From NCBI GenBank assembly GCA_963729605.1, contig CAVSNY010000005.1:160001-224000 (forward strand): DNA of 64,000 nt. The letters run 5' to 3'. The notes under the pieces were generated by a model. It was not told the DNA's origin, ran no database searches, and saw only the letters and a program-made list of their open reading frames with translations. This stretch comes from an uncultured Gammaproteobacteria bacterium (GTDB lineage Bacteria > Pseudomonadota > Gammaproteobacteria > DRLM01). Shown piece by piece: positions 48,304 to 59,346 of the stretch. Positions within the stretch are counted from its first letter, which is position 1; every line of letters starts with the position of its first letter. A program made the translations under genes and the position numbers.

Positions 48304-50001
48304 ATGCCGGATACACGCTTTGACCAGTATTACCGCTACGCCGCGCTCAGCGCGGAGCTGCACGCGCTCGCCGCCCGGCACCCGGCCCTGATGCGGCTCG
48401 CCAGCATCGGCAAAAGCCACGAAGGCCGCGAGGTCTGGCTGGCCACCGTCACCACCTTCGACCACGGCGACGATCGTGACAAACCGGCCTTTTGGGTGGA
48501 CGGCAACATCCATGCCCCGGAGCTGGCGGGTTCCACCGCCTGCCTGTATTTCATCCACGACCTGCTCGACGGCTACGGCCGCGACCCGGACATCAGCCGC
48601 TGCCTCGACAGCCGCGTCTTTTATATCTGTCCGCGCGTCAATCCGGACGGCGCCGAATGGGCGCTGGCCGACCCGCCCAAACTCATCCGTTCCAGTACCC
48701 GGCCCTATCCTTACGCTGAAGAAACGGTGCGCGGCCTGATCCGCGAAGACATCGACGGCGACGGCCGGGTGTTGAGCATGCGCATCCGCGACCCCGACGG
48801 TCCCTGGAAAATCTCGGCGCGGGATACGCGCCTGCTGGTGCCGCGCGAACCGATCGAAACCGGCGGCGAATATTACCGGCTGTTGCCGGAGGGACGCCTG
48901 GAAAATTACGACGGCCATTTGATACACACCCCGCCGCCGGCCCAAGGCCTGGACCTCAACCGCAACTTCCCGGCCAAATGGCGCGAAGAGTCGCAACAAA
49001 CCGGCGCCGGCCCCTTCCCCACCTCCGAACCCGAAGTGCAAAACCTGGTGCGTTTCATCGCCGACCACCCCAACATCTGCGGCGGCGTGGCCTTTCATTG
49101 TTACAGCGGCGTGTTGCTGCGGCCGCTGTCTTATCAGAGCGACGAGGACATGCCCGCCGAAGACCTGTGGGTGTACCGCAAGATCGGCGACCAGGGCACG
49201 ACGCTCACCGGCTATCCCGCCGCGTCGGCCTATCACGAATTCCGCTATCACCCCAAAGAGATCATCACCGGCGCCTTGGACGATTGGCTGTACGAACAGC
49301 AGGGGGTATTCGCCTGGACCGTGGAGATCTGGAGTCCGCAACGCCAGGCCGGCATCGGCGACTACCGCTACATCGACTGGTATCGCGACCATCCCGTCGA
49401 AGACGATTTGAAATTATTGAAGTGGAACGACGAGGTGCTGAACGGCACGGGCTTCGTGGATTGGTATGCCGTCGATCATCCGCAACTCGGCCGCGTCGAA
49501 TTGGGCGGCTGGGATTCGCTGTTCACCTTTTGGAATCCACCGCCGGCCTTGTTGGAACAGGAGATCGCCCGTTTTCCGAAATGGCTGGTATGGCACGCCC
49601 TGCTCTCGCCGCGTTTGGAGTGGCATGACCTCAGCGCCACGCCGGTCGGCGATGAGGTGTATTTGATCCGCGCCGTGGTGCGCAACAGCGGCTGGCTGCC
49701 GAGTTACGTCACCAAGCTCGCCGCCGAAAAGAAACTGGTGCGCGGCGTGATCTGCGAATTGGAATTACCCGACGGCGCGCGCCTGCTGCAAGGCGAACCG
49801 CGGATCGAGATCGGCCAGCTGGAAGGCCGCGCCCACAAACCGTCCTCTACTTTCGGCTGGGCGGGCAGCGTGAGCGACCCGACCCTGCATCGCGCCAAGG
49901 CCGAGTGGCTGGTGCAGGCGCCGGCGGGCGCGGTGATCACGGTGCGCGCGCGCCACGCCCGCGCCGGCGCGCTCAGCGCCGAACTCAGCTTGCGTCCTTA
50001 A
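48304..50001 (+). CDS. M14-family zinc carboxypeptidase
   Basis: GNIHAPE (HxxE), NPDG, DLNRNF, FHCYSG, VEIW; DIDGDG loop; no signal peptide. Confidence 0.9.
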   Translation: MPDTRFDQYYRYAALSAELHALAARHPALMRLASIGKSHEGREVWLATVTTFDHGDDRDKPAFWVDGNIHAPELAGSTACLYFIHDLLDGYGRDPDISRCLDSRVFYICPRVNPDGAEWALADPPKLIRSSTRPYPYAEETVRGLIREDIDGDGRVLSMRIRDPDGPWKISARDTRLLVPREPIETGGEYYRLLPEGRLENYDGHLIHTPPPAQGLDLNRNFPAKWREESQQTGAGPFPTSEPEVQNLVRFIADHPNICGGVAFHCYSGVLLRPLSYQSDEDMPAEDLWVYRKIGDQGTTLTGYPAASAYHEFRYHPKEIITGALDDWLYEQQGVFAWTVEIWSPQRQAGIGDYRYIDWYRDHPVEDDLKLLKWNDEVLNGTGFVDWYAVDHPQLGRVELGGWDSLFTFWNPPPALLEQEIARFPKWLVWHALLSPRLEWHDLSATPVGDEVYLIRAVVRNSGWLPSYVTKLAAEKKLVRGVICELELPDGARLLQGEPRIEIGQLEGRAHKPSSTFGWAGSVSDPTLHRAKAEWLVQAPAGAVITVRARHARAGALSAELSLRP

Positions 50002-50040
50002 TTCGGGGGACAACGCGCCGCCGCCAAAGAGAGCGGATGC

Positions 50041-50090
50041 CAACCACCCCGGCCCGGCGGGCCACCCCTCCTTAAAACCTAAGGAGGGGA
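50041..50090. repeat. ACCACCCC-type REP-like palindrome
   Basis: aaccaccccggcccggcgggccacccctccttaaaacctaaggagggg, nearly the same as 34754-34800. Confidence 0.75.
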
Positions 50091-50231
50091 TGACATCGCA
50101 CATCGATCATCGCCCACAATCAACTAGACGCACCGGCAACTCTCGGCTCTTCTTCGGAGGGGCGAAATAGTGCGCGCCAGGCATCATCCGCCCTTGCACG
50201 TTTTATCGCGTCACTCCGCCCGCCACACAGG

Positions 50232-51410
50232 TCAGAGCGATTCACTCGCCGGATCAAGCGGAGAACCGCGCCGCCGTTGCGTCACCAATTCCACCACCGC
50301 GTCGGCGGCGCGCTGATCGGCGTCTCGGCGCAGAGTGCGATGAATCTCGGTGAAGGTCGCCGCGAGTTGCACGCGGCCCGCTTTATCATCCAGCCAATTC
50401 AAAACGGCGGCGGCCACCTTGGCCGGCGTCGCCGCGTCCTGTATCAACTCCGGCACCAAGTCACGCCCCGCCAGCAAATTGGGCAGCGAATAATGCGGCA
50501 CCTTCACCAGCCGCTGCGCCAGCCAATAGGTGAGCGGCGACAAACGGTACGCCATCACCGGCGGACACTTGAGCAGCAGGGCTTCCAGGGTGGCGGTGCC
50601 CGAAGCCACCATCACCGCGTCGGCGGCGGTGAGCGCGACGTGGGCCTTGCCCTGCACGATGGTCACCGGCAAGCGCGGCGCCAAGGCCTGTAAGCGGGCC
50701 GCGAATAATTCCTGCGTGGCGGCCGTCGCCAGCGGCGCGACGAAGCGCAGCCCCGGCCGTTGCTCGGCGCACGCACGCGCCGCTGCGATGAAGATGTCGC
50801 CCAAGGCCCGCACCTCGCTCAGGCGGCTGCCGGGCAGGATCGCGACCACCTCGCCGTCCCGCGGCAAACCCAACTCGGCGCGCGCAGCATGCCGATCGGG
50901 GGTCAGCGGCAAGGCGTCGGCGAGGGGATGGCCGACGTAACGCACCGGGACGCGATGGGCCTCGTAAAAGGCGGCCTCGAAGGGAAACAAGGTCAGCATC
51001 AAGTCCACGGCGCGGGCGATCTTGCGCAAGCGGTATTGCCGCCACGCCCACACCGACGGACTGACGTAATGCACGGTGGGAATACCGGCGGTTTTCAATT
51101 GGCGTTCCAGGCCCAGGTTGAAGTCCGGCGCGTCGATGCCGATGAACACATCGGGCGGCTCGGCGAGAAAATGCCGCACCACCGCCTTGCGGATCGCGAA
51201 CAATTCGCGCAGATGCCCCAGCACTTCGGTGAGGCCCATCACCGCGAGTTTTTCCGAGGGAAACAACGCTTGGCAGCCGGCGGCGATCATGCGCGGCCCG
51301 GCGATGCCGGTAAATACCGCGTCGGGATAACGCTGTTTGAGCGCGGCGATCAGGCCGGCGCCGAGCAGATCGCCCGAGGCCTCCCCCGCGACCAGGCCGA
51401 TACGGATCAT
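50232..51410 (-). CDS. lpxB: Lipid-A-disaccharide synthase
   Basis: [36 protein letters not shown]. Confidence 0.97.
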   Translation of the reverse strand: MIRIGLVAGEASGDLLGAGLIAALKQRYPDAVFTGIAGPRMIAAGCQALFPSEKLAVMGLTEVLGHLRELFAIRKAVVRHFLAEPPDVFIGIDAPDFNLGLERQLKTAGIPTVHYVSPSVWAWRQYRLRKIARAVDLMLTLFPFEAAFYEAHRVPVRYVGHPLADALPLTPDRHAARAELGLPRDGEVVAILPGSRLSEVRALGDIFIAAARACAEQRPGLRFVAPLATAATQELFAARLQALAPRLPVTIVQGKAHVALTAADAVMVASGTATLEALLLKCPPVMAYRLSPLTYWLAQRLVKVPHYSLPNLLAGRDLVPELIQDAATPAKVAAAVLNWLDDKAGRVQLAATFTEIHRTLRRDADQRAADAVVELVTQRRRGSPLDPASESL

Positions 51411-51430
51411 CCTAAAAACCGGGGATGTGA

Positions 51431-51546
51431 ACCACGGAGGACACGGAGCAAGACGGGGTGGCGTTGAGCGAGCGCAGCTATTGAATGACGACGACAAGGG
51501 CGCACGGTCGTTGCTTTCCCTCGGTAATCTCCGCGTCTTCCGTGGT
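51431..51546. repeat. Intergenic inverted-repeat element between lpxA and lpxB
   Basis: accacggaggacacggag ... ctccgcgtcttccgtggt (16/18 inverted). Confidence 0.7.
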
Positions 51547-51577
51547 CAACCGCTTTTTTCAGGATCATGAACGGCGG

Positions 51578-52348
51578 TTAACGGACGATGCCGCGGCTGG
51601 ATTTTTCCAGAAAGCGGATCATCTCGCCCACCTCCGGCGTCGCTTCGGCCAAGCCGCGCATCTGTTCGATCGCGTCTTTCAAAATGAGATTGGAGCGATA
51701 GAGAATTTTATAGGCGCGGCGCAACTGGGCGATGGTCTCGCTGCTGAAACCGCGGCGGCGCAGGCCTTCGACGTTGAGGCCGTGCGGCGCGCCGGGATGA
51801 CCCGCCACCATCACGTAAGGCGGCACGTCCTTGGCGACACCGCTGCCGAAGGCGGTGAAACTATGGGCGCCCAAGGTGCAAAACTGATGCACTTGCGTGA
51901 ATCCGCCGAGGATCACTTGATCCTCCACCACCACATGGCCGGCCAGCGAGGCGTTGTTGGCGAAGATGGTCTGATTGCCGATCAGACAATCGTGGGCCAG
52001 ATGCACGTAGGCCATGATCCAATTATCGTGGCCGATGCGGGTGACGCCGCCGCCCTGCACGGTGCCGCGATTGAAGGTGCAGAACTCGCGAATGACGTTG
52101 CGGTCGCCGATCTCCAGCAAGGTGGGTTCGCCTTGATATTTTTTATCCTGCGGCATCTCGCCCAAGGACGAAAACTGGAAAATTTTATTGTCGCGGCCGA
52201 TGCGGGTGGGACCGTTGATGACCACATGCGGGCCTACCCAAGTGCCCGCGCCGATGACCACATCGGGGCCGATGATGGAAAACGCCCCGATATGCACATC
52301 CGCCGCCAGTTCGGCCTTGGGATCGATAATCGCGCGCGGATCGATCAA
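51578..52348 (-). CDS. lpxA: UDP-N-acetylglucosamine O-acyltransferase
   Basis: Hexapeptide repeats, PQDKKY, HLAHDC, VHQF; TTG start overlapping the fabZ stop. Confidence 0.96.
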   Translation of the reverse strand: MIDPRAIIDPKAELAADVHIGAFSIIGPDVVIGAGTWVGPHVVINGPTRIGRDNKIFQFSSLGEMPQDKKYQGEPTLLEIGDRNVIREFCTFNRGTVQGGGVTRIGHDNWIMAYVHLAHDCLIGNQTIFANNASLAGHVVVEDQVILGGFTQVHQFCTLGAHSFTAFGSGVAKDVPPYVMVAGHPGAPHGLNVEGLRRRGFSSETIAQLRRAYKILYRSNLILKDAIEQMRGLAEATPEVGEMIRFLEKSSRGIVR

Positions 52349-52869
52349 ACTTCTACTTCCCGGTGGGCGCACATCAGATCGGCGCTGGCCACGATCCGGC
52401 CGTCCACCTTCACTTCGCCGCTGAATTTCCAGACACCGCGCATGGCCCGCGTCAGCTTGACCTCGAGGATCATCTGATCGCCGGGTTCGACCGGCTGTTT
52501 GAAGCGGGCGTTGTCGATGGCGGCAAGATAATAGGTCGAACCGCTGGCCGGCGTGGTCTGCGCGGTTTTAAACGCCAGTATGCCGGTGGCCTGCGCCAGG
52601 GCTTCCAGGATCAACACGCCGGGCATCACCGGGCGGCGGGGAAAATGGCCGGTGAAATAGTGTTCGTTGAAGGTGACGTTTTTCAACGCCACCAGCGATT
52701 CGCCCGGCGTAAAGGCCAACACCCGATCGATCAGCAAAAACGGATACCGGTGGGGCAGATATTTCAACACTTCGTGGATATCCATCGCGCAGTCCGCGCC
52801 CTCCGCGCGTTTCGCTTCGCCGGCCCCGCATTCAGCGCCGCCGTTTTTCAACGGTATTTCATCTGTCAT
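52345..52869 (-). CDS. fabZ: 3-hydroxyacyl-ACP dehydratase
   Basis: [31 protein letters not shown]; start uncertain. Confidence 0.95.
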   Translation of the reverse strand: MTDEIPLKNGGAECGAGEAKRAEGADCAMDIHEVLKYLPHRYPFLLIDRVLAFTPGESLVALKNVTFNEHYFTGHFPRRPVMPGVLILEALAQATGILAFKTAQTTPASGSTYYLAAIDNARFKQPVEPGDQMILEVKLTRAMRGVWKFSGEVKVDGRIVASADLMCAHREVEV

Positions 52870-52893
52870 GATAATGGTCCTTGAACTGAAATC

Positions 52894-53925
52894 TCATTCG
52901 CCGCCGCGTTCCTTGAAGACCTTTTCCAAGCGCCGCAGGCGGCGCGCCATGTCATCGAGCTGATGAAACCGCGCATAATTTTTCCGCCAGTCGCGATTGG
53001 GTTCCAGCGGCGTCCCCGACGAATACAAACCGGGTTCGCGGATGGAATGCGCGACGAACGACATGCCGGTGATGTGCACGTCATCCGCGATCTCGGTGTG
53101 GCCGACGATGCCGACGCCGCCGCCGATGGTGCAGCGCGCGCCGATCCGGGCACTGCCGGCGATGCCCGTGCAGCCGGCGATCGCGGTGTGCGCGCCGATG
53201 CGCACATTGTGAGCCACTTGAATCTGATTATCTAGCTTCACTCCGTCTTCGATGACGGTATCGTCCAGCGTGCCCCGGTCGATGGTGGTATTGGCTCCGA
53301 TCTCCACATCGTCGCCGATAGTGACGGCGCCCAACTGCGGTACCTTCACCCAGGACCCGCGGGCGTTGGCGAAACCGAAACCGTCGCTGCCGATCACCAC
53401 CCCCGGGTGGATCACCGCCCGTTTCCCGATGCGGGTCCGCTCGCCGATCGAGACGTTGGCCGACAAACGGCTGCCTTCGCCGATCTCACTGCCACGCGCG
53501 ATTACACAGCCCGGACCGACGGTCACCCCGGCGCCGATGCGCACCTGATCCTCGATCACCGCGTTGGCATCGATCCAGGCGCTGGGATGCACCTCGCTGC
53601 CGGGATGCACCACCGCGCGCGGATGCCGGCCTTCGCTGCGGGGCGGGATCGGCATCAGCAAGGCCGCGATGCGGGCATAGGCCAGATACGGATCGCGCGC
53701 CACCAAGGCATGGGTGTCGCATGCGTCCAGATATTCTTCGGAAAGTATCACCGCGGACGCGGCGGTCGCGGTCAGGTGTTTGGCGTAACGCGGATTGGAC
53801 AAAAAGGAAATGTCGCCGGTCTTGGCATTCTGCAGCGTAGCCACCCCGCTGATGACGCAGGCGGCGTCGCCGCGGACCCGCCCTTCCACGTATTCGGCCA
53901 GCTGCCCCAAGGTCTGCATCGGCAT
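52894..53925 (-). CDS. lpxD: UDP-3-O-acyl-glucosamine N-acyltransferase
   Basis: [29 protein letters not shown]. Confidence 0.96.
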   Translation of the reverse strand: MPMQTLGQLAEYVEGRVRGDAACVISGVATLQNAKTGDISFLSNPRYAKHLTATAASAVILSEEYLDACDTHALVARDPYLAYARIAALLMPIPPRSEGRHPRAVVHPGSEVHPSAWIDANAVIEDQVRIGAGVTVGPGCVIARGSEIGEGSRLSANVSIGERTRIGKRAVIHPGVVIGSDGFGFANARGSWVKVPQLGAVTIGDDVEIGANTTIDRGTLDDTVIEDGVKLDNQIQVAHNVRIGAHTAIAGCTGIAGSARIGARCTIGGGVGIVGHTEIADDVHITGMSFVAHSIREPGLYSSGTPLEPNRDWRKNYARFHQLDDMARRLRRLEKVFKERGGE

Positions 53926-53935
53926 CCCCGGCCGG

Positions 53936-54469
53936 CTATTTGTTCTTCACCGCCGCGCCGCCCGCGGAAGTACGCAGTTTGTCCAACACCTTGTCGGTGA
54001 GGTCGATGGTGGTGCTGGCGTAAGCGATTCCTTCGTAGACGATCAGATCGTAATTCTGTTCCTTGCCGATGTTCTCGATCGCCTGTTGCACGAACTCCAG
54101 CAGCTTGCCGATCTCTTCGTTGCGGCGCAGATTGAGGTCCTCGCGAAACTCACCGGCGGCGCGGCGCAAATCGCGCTTCAAGGCATCGATATCCCGTTCC
54201 ACCCGGCGCCGCTCGTTTTCACTCATCACCGCGCCGTCGCGGGCCAGTTGATCTTCCAACTGTTTGAGTTTTCTCTGGTCGCTCTGGAGTGCGGCCTCTT
54301 TGGCCGAGAATTCTTCCTTAAGCCGTTTCGACACCTCGGCGGCCTGCGGCGATTCCTCCAGCAGGCGCGCCGCGTTCACGTAGCCGATTTTCAAATCGGC
54401 GCCAACCGCCGGCGCCGTCGCCGCCAGCAATCCCAATAACAACCAAATCCGTTTCGCCATCACGTTCAA
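53936..54469 (-). CDS. skp: Periplasmic chaperone Skp/OmpH
   Basis: Signal peptide, KIGYVN, coiled coil, DLTDKVL; lies between bamA and lpxD. Confidence 0.92.
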   Translation of the reverse strand: MNVMAKRIWLLLGLLAATAPAVGADLKIGYVNAARLLEESPQAAEVSKRLKEEFSAKEAALQSDQRKLKQLEDQLARDGAVMSENERRRVERDIDALKRDLRRAAGEFREDLNLRRNEEIGKLLEFVQQAIENIGKEQNYDLIVYEGIAYASTTIDLTDKVLDKLRTSAGGAAVKNK

Positions 54470-54487
54470 CGCTCTCTCTATGAATGA

Positions 54488-56812
54488 TTAAAAGCCGGCA
54501 CCCAAGGAAAATTGGAATATTTCCGTCTCGTCGCCGGCCTGGTCATTTAACGCTTTCGCCAAACTAAAAGTCAACGGCCCGATCGGCGACAACCATACCG
54601 CCGACACGCCGACGGCATAACGCAATTCACCGGCATCGAATTGATCGAAATCTTCGTAGACGTTACCGGCGTCGAAAAAGGCGCCCATCCGGAATGATTT
54701 ATTATTGTCGCCGGCGAAAGGCGGTGAAAATAACAGCTCCAGACTACCCAGCATGCGGAACGCGCCGCCCAAGGCATTGTTGTTTTCCCTGGGACCCAGC
54801 GAATTGGAACGAAAGCCGCGCACCGAGCGGATACCGCCGGCGTAGTAGTTTTCGAGGAAGGGAAATCCCGTGGTATCGCCGTAGGCTTCGCCGTAGGCGA
54901 TCTCGCCGTCGGCGGAGAAGGTGAAACGCCGCGAGAGCTCCTTGTACCAGGTGCTGCGATTGGTGGCCTTGTAATAGGTCAGGCCGCTGCCCGGCAAGGC
55001 GGTCTCCAAGGTCAAGCTTTCCAGCAGACCGGCGGTGGGGAAAAACGCCTCGTTACGCGTATCGTAAGACCAACCCAGGGTCAGCTTGAAGGCGTCGAAC
55101 TCATCGGTATTGGCGTTGAGATAATCGATATAACGCTGCGGCGTCTGCGAAGTGATATTGATTTTCGTGTGTTCATAGCCCAGCGAAAACCGCAGGCTGT
55201 CGAACTCGCTCAAGGGGTAGCCGTAATTCACGCTGGCGCCGAAGGCGTCGGCGGTGAAATCGGCCACATTGGCCTGACCCGCGTCGGTGGTGCGCGAGAA
55301 TACCCGGAAACCGCGGCTCAAACCGTCCAAGTTGTAATAGGGATTGGTGTAGGAAAAACTGTAGATCGTATTCACCCGGCTGTTGTTGATCTGCGCACTG
55401 ACCCGTTTGCCAGTGCCGAGAAAGTTGTCCTGAGTGACGCTGGCGTTGAGCAAAACGCCCTGCGATTGCGAGAAACCTACGCCCGCCATCAAACTGCCGA
55501 AGGACGAGCGTTCCTTGACGTTGTAATTCACGTCCACCTGATCTTCGATGCCGGGCACCGCCGGGGTTTCCACGTTGACCTCCTCGAAATAACCGAGGCG
55601 CTGCAAACGGACCCGCGAGCGGTTCACTTGTTCGGTGGAGATCCAGCCGCCTTCCATTTGCCGCAGCTCGCGCCGCAGCACCTCGTCGCGGGTGCGGGCA
55701 TTGCCGCTGACGTTCATGCGCCGCACATAGACCCGTTTATTCGGTTCGACGAAGAAGGTCAGTTTCACGGTGCGCTGTTCGCGATTCACGTCCGGCACCG
55801 GATTGATATTGGCGAAGGCGTAGCCCTCCTTGCCCAGCCGCTCGTTGATGCGGGTGGCGCTCTCGGTCACCTCGCGCCGCGAAAACAGCTCGCCGGGCGC
55901 GATGCTGATCAGCGACTTCAATTCCGATTCCGGCGCCTTCAATTCGCCGGCGAGCTTCACTTCCTGAACGGTGAACTGCTCGCCTTCGATCAGGGTGATG
56001 GTGATGTAGACGTTCTTCTTGTCCGGACTGATCGACACCTGGGTGGAGTCGACATTGAAGTCGATATAACCGCGGTCGAGATAAAAAGAGCGCAGGGTTT
56101 CCAGATCCGCGGCCAGTTTCTGCTTGGAATATTGATCGTTTTGATTGAACATCGACATCAAGGTGGAGGGGCCGAGTTGCAGGATCCGCAGCAATTCGCC
56201 GGTGGTGAACCGGCGGTTGCCCACCAGATTGATCTCCTGGATCTTGGCCACCTGGCCCTCGTCGATTTGCAGACCGATCTCCACCCGGTTGCGATCCAGG
56301 GCGGTCACCGTGTTGCTGATCTTCACCCCGTATTTGCCGCGCGCGAAATATTGCCGCTCCAGTTCGCGTTCGACTTGGTCCAAGGCGGAACGATCGAATA
56401 TCCGGCCTTCGGCGAGACCGATCCGCTTCAAGGCCTCGGTCAGTTCATTGCTGCTGATGTCTTTATTGCCGCTGAGGCTGACCTTGGCGATCGACGGCCG
56501 TTCCTCGACCACCACGATCAGACTGTCGCCGTCGCGCTGCAATTTCACGTCGGTGAAAAAGCCGGTTTTGAACAGGGCGCGCACCGCCTCCGCGGCGCGG
56601 CCGTCGTCGATGGTGTCGCCGACGGCGAGCGGCAGGTAATTGAACACCGTGCCGACTTCGATGCGCTGCAAACCCTCGACGCGGATATCTTGGATGCGGA
56701 AGGCGGTGAAGGCCTGCGCCGTGGTGGAAACCAGGCAGGCGAGACTCATCATCAAAATCACGATTCTTATTTTCAACAACGGCACGGAATGCTCACTTGA
56801 ATAATTGGACAA
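54488..56812 (-). CDS. bamA: Outer membrane protein assembly factor BamA
   Basis: POTRA repeats (IRVEGLQRI), VRGF motif, C-terminal FQFSLGAGF; start uncertain. Confidence 0.96.
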   Translation of the reverse strand: MSNYSSEHSVPLLKIRIVILMMSLACLVSTTAQAFTAFRIQDIRVEGLQRIEVGTVFNYLPLAVGDTIDDGRAAEAVRALFKTGFFTDVKLQRDGDSLIVVVEERPSIAKVSLSGNKDISSNELTEALKRIGLAEGRIFDRSALDQVERELERQYFARGKYGVKISNTVTALDRNRVEIGLQIDEGQVAKIQEINLVGNRRFTTGELLRILQLGPSTLMSMFNQNDQYSKQKLAADLETLRSFYLDRGYIDFNVDSTQVSISPDKKNVYITITLIEGEQFTVQEVKLAGELKAPESELKSLISIAPGELFSRREVTESATRINERLGKEGYAFANINPVPDVNREQRTVKLTFFVEPNKRVYVRRMNVSGNARTRDEVLRRELRQMEGGWISTEQVNRSRVRLQRLGYFEEVNVETPAVPGIEDQVDVNYNVKERSSFGSLMAGVGFSQSQGVLLNASVTQDNFLGTGKRVSAQINNSRVNTIYSFSYTNPYYNLDGLSRGFRVFSRTTDAGQANVADFTADAFGASVNYGYPLSEFDSLRFSLGYEHTKINITSQTPQRYIDYLNANTDEFDAFKLTLGWSYDTRNEAFFPTAGLLESLTLETALPGSGLTYYKATNRSTWYKELSRRFTFSADGEIAYGEAYGDTTGFPFLENYYAGGIRSVRGFRSNSLGPRENNNALGGAFRMLGSLELLFSPPFAGDNNKSFRMGAFFDAGNVYEDFDQFDAGELRYAVGVSAVWLSPIGPLTFSLAKALNDQAGDETEIFQFSLGAGF

Positions 56813-58160
56813 CGTCGTTATAGATGGCGACGGTCATCAGCATCAGCAACAGCGGTACACCCACCCGTTGCCCCATGGCTTGCGCGGCATCGGACACCGG
56901 ACTCCCCTTCACCATTTCGATGAGGTAATAAAGCAAATGGCCGCCGTCCAACACCGGGATGGGCAGCAGATTCAACACGCCCAGACTGATACTGACGATG
57001 GCGAGAAACGTCAGAAAGGCCACCAGACCCACCTGCGCGGAATAACCGGCGTATTTGGCGATGCTGATCGGACCGCTGATATTGGCCACCGACACATCGC
57101 CGGCCACCATACCCCACAACATGCGCAGCGTCAGCACCGACATGTCCCAGGTTTTTTTGACGGCCACGCCCAGGGCATCCACCGGCGAATAACGCACCAG
57201 GGTCACGTAGTCCTTGCCCAAATCTTCCGGCACCGCCACCGCCGCGCCGACATAACCGATGTCGCCGTCCTTGGCCGCGCGCCGGCCGGGCTGTAAATCC
57301 ACCACCAAACGCGCGCCGGCGCGGTCGATCTCGGTACGAATCACTTGATCGGGGCGGGCCCGCACATACTCCACCCAATTGTCCCAATCGGACACCGGCC
57401 GGCCGTCGCTGGCGAGGATGCGGTCACCGGACCGCAAACCGGCCCGCTCGGCCGCGCCGCCGGGTTCGAGATGGCTGAGCACCGGTGGAATGGTGGGGCG
57501 CGCCGGTTGTATGCCGAGGGTATCGAGCAAATTGCCCTGCTGCAAATCTTTTTGTATCGCCCGCAGATGGATCTGATGCACCCGCTCCACGCCCTGTTCG
57601 TCGCGGGTATGCACGTCGATCTGTTCGTCGTTCATGGTGTTTTCGAGCAGGGCCATCACCGCGTTCTGCCAACTGTCCACCGCCTCGCCGTCCACCGCGA
57701 TAATCGTTTCGCCGGGAGTGAAACCCGCCTCGGCCGCCAACGACTGCGGCGCCACGCTGCCGATGATGGGTTTGATCCCGTCCACGCCCAGCACGAACAC
57801 CAGCCAATACACGGCGATGGCCAGCATGAAATTGAAGAGCGGGCCCGCCAACACGATGGCGAAGCGTTTGCCGACGGATTGCCGATTGAAGGCCCGATGC
57901 ACTTCATGCTCCGCCACCTCGCCTTCCCGTTCGTCGAGCATGCGCACGTATCCGCCGAGCGGGATCGCCGCCAGCACGTATTCGGTTTGATCCGCGCCGC
58001 GGGTGGTGCGCCAGATCGGTTTGCCGAAGCCGATGGAAAACCGCAGCACCTTGACGCCGAGCCGGCGCGCCACCCAAAAATGGCCGAACTCGTGCACCGC
58101 GATCAGCAGCGCCAGCGCCAATAAGAAAAAGAATAACGAAGTAAGAATGCTGCCGCCCAT
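56793..58160 (-). CDS. rseP: RIP metalloprotease RseP
   Basis: HEFGH, two PDZ domains, NLLPIPVLDGGH. Confidence 0.96.
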   Translation of the reverse strand: MGGSILTSLFFFLLALALLIAVHEFGHFWVARRLGVKVLRFSIGFGKPIWRTTRGADQTEYVLAAIPLGGYVRMLDEREGEVAEHEVHRAFNRQSVGKRFAIVLAGPLFNFMLAIAVYWLVFVLGVDGIKPIIGSVAPQSLAAEAGFTPGETIIAVDGEAVDSWQNAVMALLENTMNDEQIDVHTRDEQGVERVHQIHLRAIQKDLQQGNLLDTLGIQPARPTIPPVLSHLEPGGAAERAGLRSGDRILASDGRPVSDWDNWVEYVRARPDQVIRTEIDRAGARLVVDLQPGRRAAKDGDIGYVGAAVAVPEDLGKDYVTLVRYSPVDALGVAVKKTWDMSVLTLRMLWGMVAGDVSVANISGPISIAKYAGYSAQVGLVAFLTFLAIVSISLGVLNLLPIPVLDGGHLLYYLIEMVKGSPVSDAAQAMGQRVGVPLLLMLMTVAIYNDVVQLFK

Positions 58161-58164
58161 AAGT

Positions 58165-59346
58165 CTACCCGCCGATCCGCGCCACAGCTTCACGCGCCAC
58201 GGCGCGGGCGTGCGCATCGTCTTCCAATATCCGCTCCAGCGAAATCGCGTCGCGGGCCGGGACATCGCTCAAGGTCGCCTCGACCACGGCGGCGATGGCC
58301 GTAAAAGCGAGCCGCTCCTCCAGAAACGCCTGCACCGCCACTTCATTGGCGGCGTTCAACACCGCGGTGGCGGTACCGCCGCGTTGCAGCGCCTGGTAGG
58401 CCAAACCCAAACAAGGAAACCGCGCGGGATCCGGCGCGGCGAAATGCAGGGCCGCGATGTCGAACAGATTCAAACGCCGCACCCCGGACTCGATGCGCTC
58501 CGGCCAGGCCAGGGCATGGGCGATCGGCGTGCGCATATCGGGGCTGCCGAGTTGCGCGAGTATCGAGCCGTCGACGTATTCCACCATGGAGTGAATCACG
58601 CTTTCGGCGTGCAATACCACCTGCACCTGTTCCGCCGTGGTGTCGAACAGCCAGCAGGCCTCGATCACCTCCAGGCCTTTATTCATCATGGTCGCCGAGT
58701 CCACCGAGATCTTGCGGCCCATCACCCAATTGGGATGGGCGCAGGCCTGGGCCGGCGTCGCGGCGGGCAATTCGGCGAGCGGCGTGTCGCGAAACGGACC
58801 GCCGGACGCGGTGAGCAAAATATTGCTCACACCCATGGCCGCCAGACCGCCGTTGCGTTCCGTGGGTAGACACTGAAAGATCGCGTTGTGTTCACTGTCC
58901 ACCGGCAACAACTGGGCGCCGTGGGCGCGCACCTCGTCCATGAACAAGCGGCCCGACATCACCAGCGCTTCTTTATTGGCCAGCAATATCCGCTTGCCGG
59001 CGCGCGCCGCGGCCAGGGTCGGCAACAAGCCCGCGGCGCCGACGATGGCGGCCATCACGGTGCCGGCGGCGGGATGGGCGGCGGCGCGGGCCACCGCCTC
59101 CGCGCCGGCCTGCACCTCGATCGCCGTGTCGATGCCGCGCAAGCGCGCGCGCAAGCGCTCGGCGGCGGCGGGGTCGGCCAGCACCGCCAACTCGGGATGA
59201 AAGACGCGGCACTGCTCGGCGAGCCGCTCCACGTCGCCGTGCGCGGCCAGCGCCACCACCCGGTAGCGGTCGCGGTGGCGCGCCAGCACGTCCAGCGTGC
59301 TCACGCCGATGGAACCGGTGGCGCCCAATACCGTCACGCCGATCAT
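58165..59346 (-). CDS. dxr: 1-deoxy-D-xylulose-5-phosphate reductoisomerase
   Basis: [42 protein letters not shown]. Confidence 0.97.
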   Translation of the reverse strand: MIGVTVLGATGSIGVSTLDVLARHRDRYRVVALAAHGDVERLAEQCRVFHPELAVLADPAAAERLRARLRGIDTAIEVQAGAEAVARAAAHPAAGTVMAAIVGAAGLLPTLAAARAGKRILLANKEALVMSGRLFMDEVRAHGAQLLPVDSEHNAIFQCLPTERNGGLAAMGVSNILLTASGGPFRDTPLAELPAATPAQACAHPNWVMGRKISVDSATMMNKGLEVIEACWLFDTTAEQVQVVLHAESVIHSMVEYVDGSILAQLGSPDMRTPIAHALAWPERIESGVRRLNLFDIAALHFAAPDPARFPCLGLAYQALQRGGTATAVLNAANEVAVQAFLEERLAFTAIAAVVEATLSDVPARDAISLERILEDDAHARAVAREAVARIGG

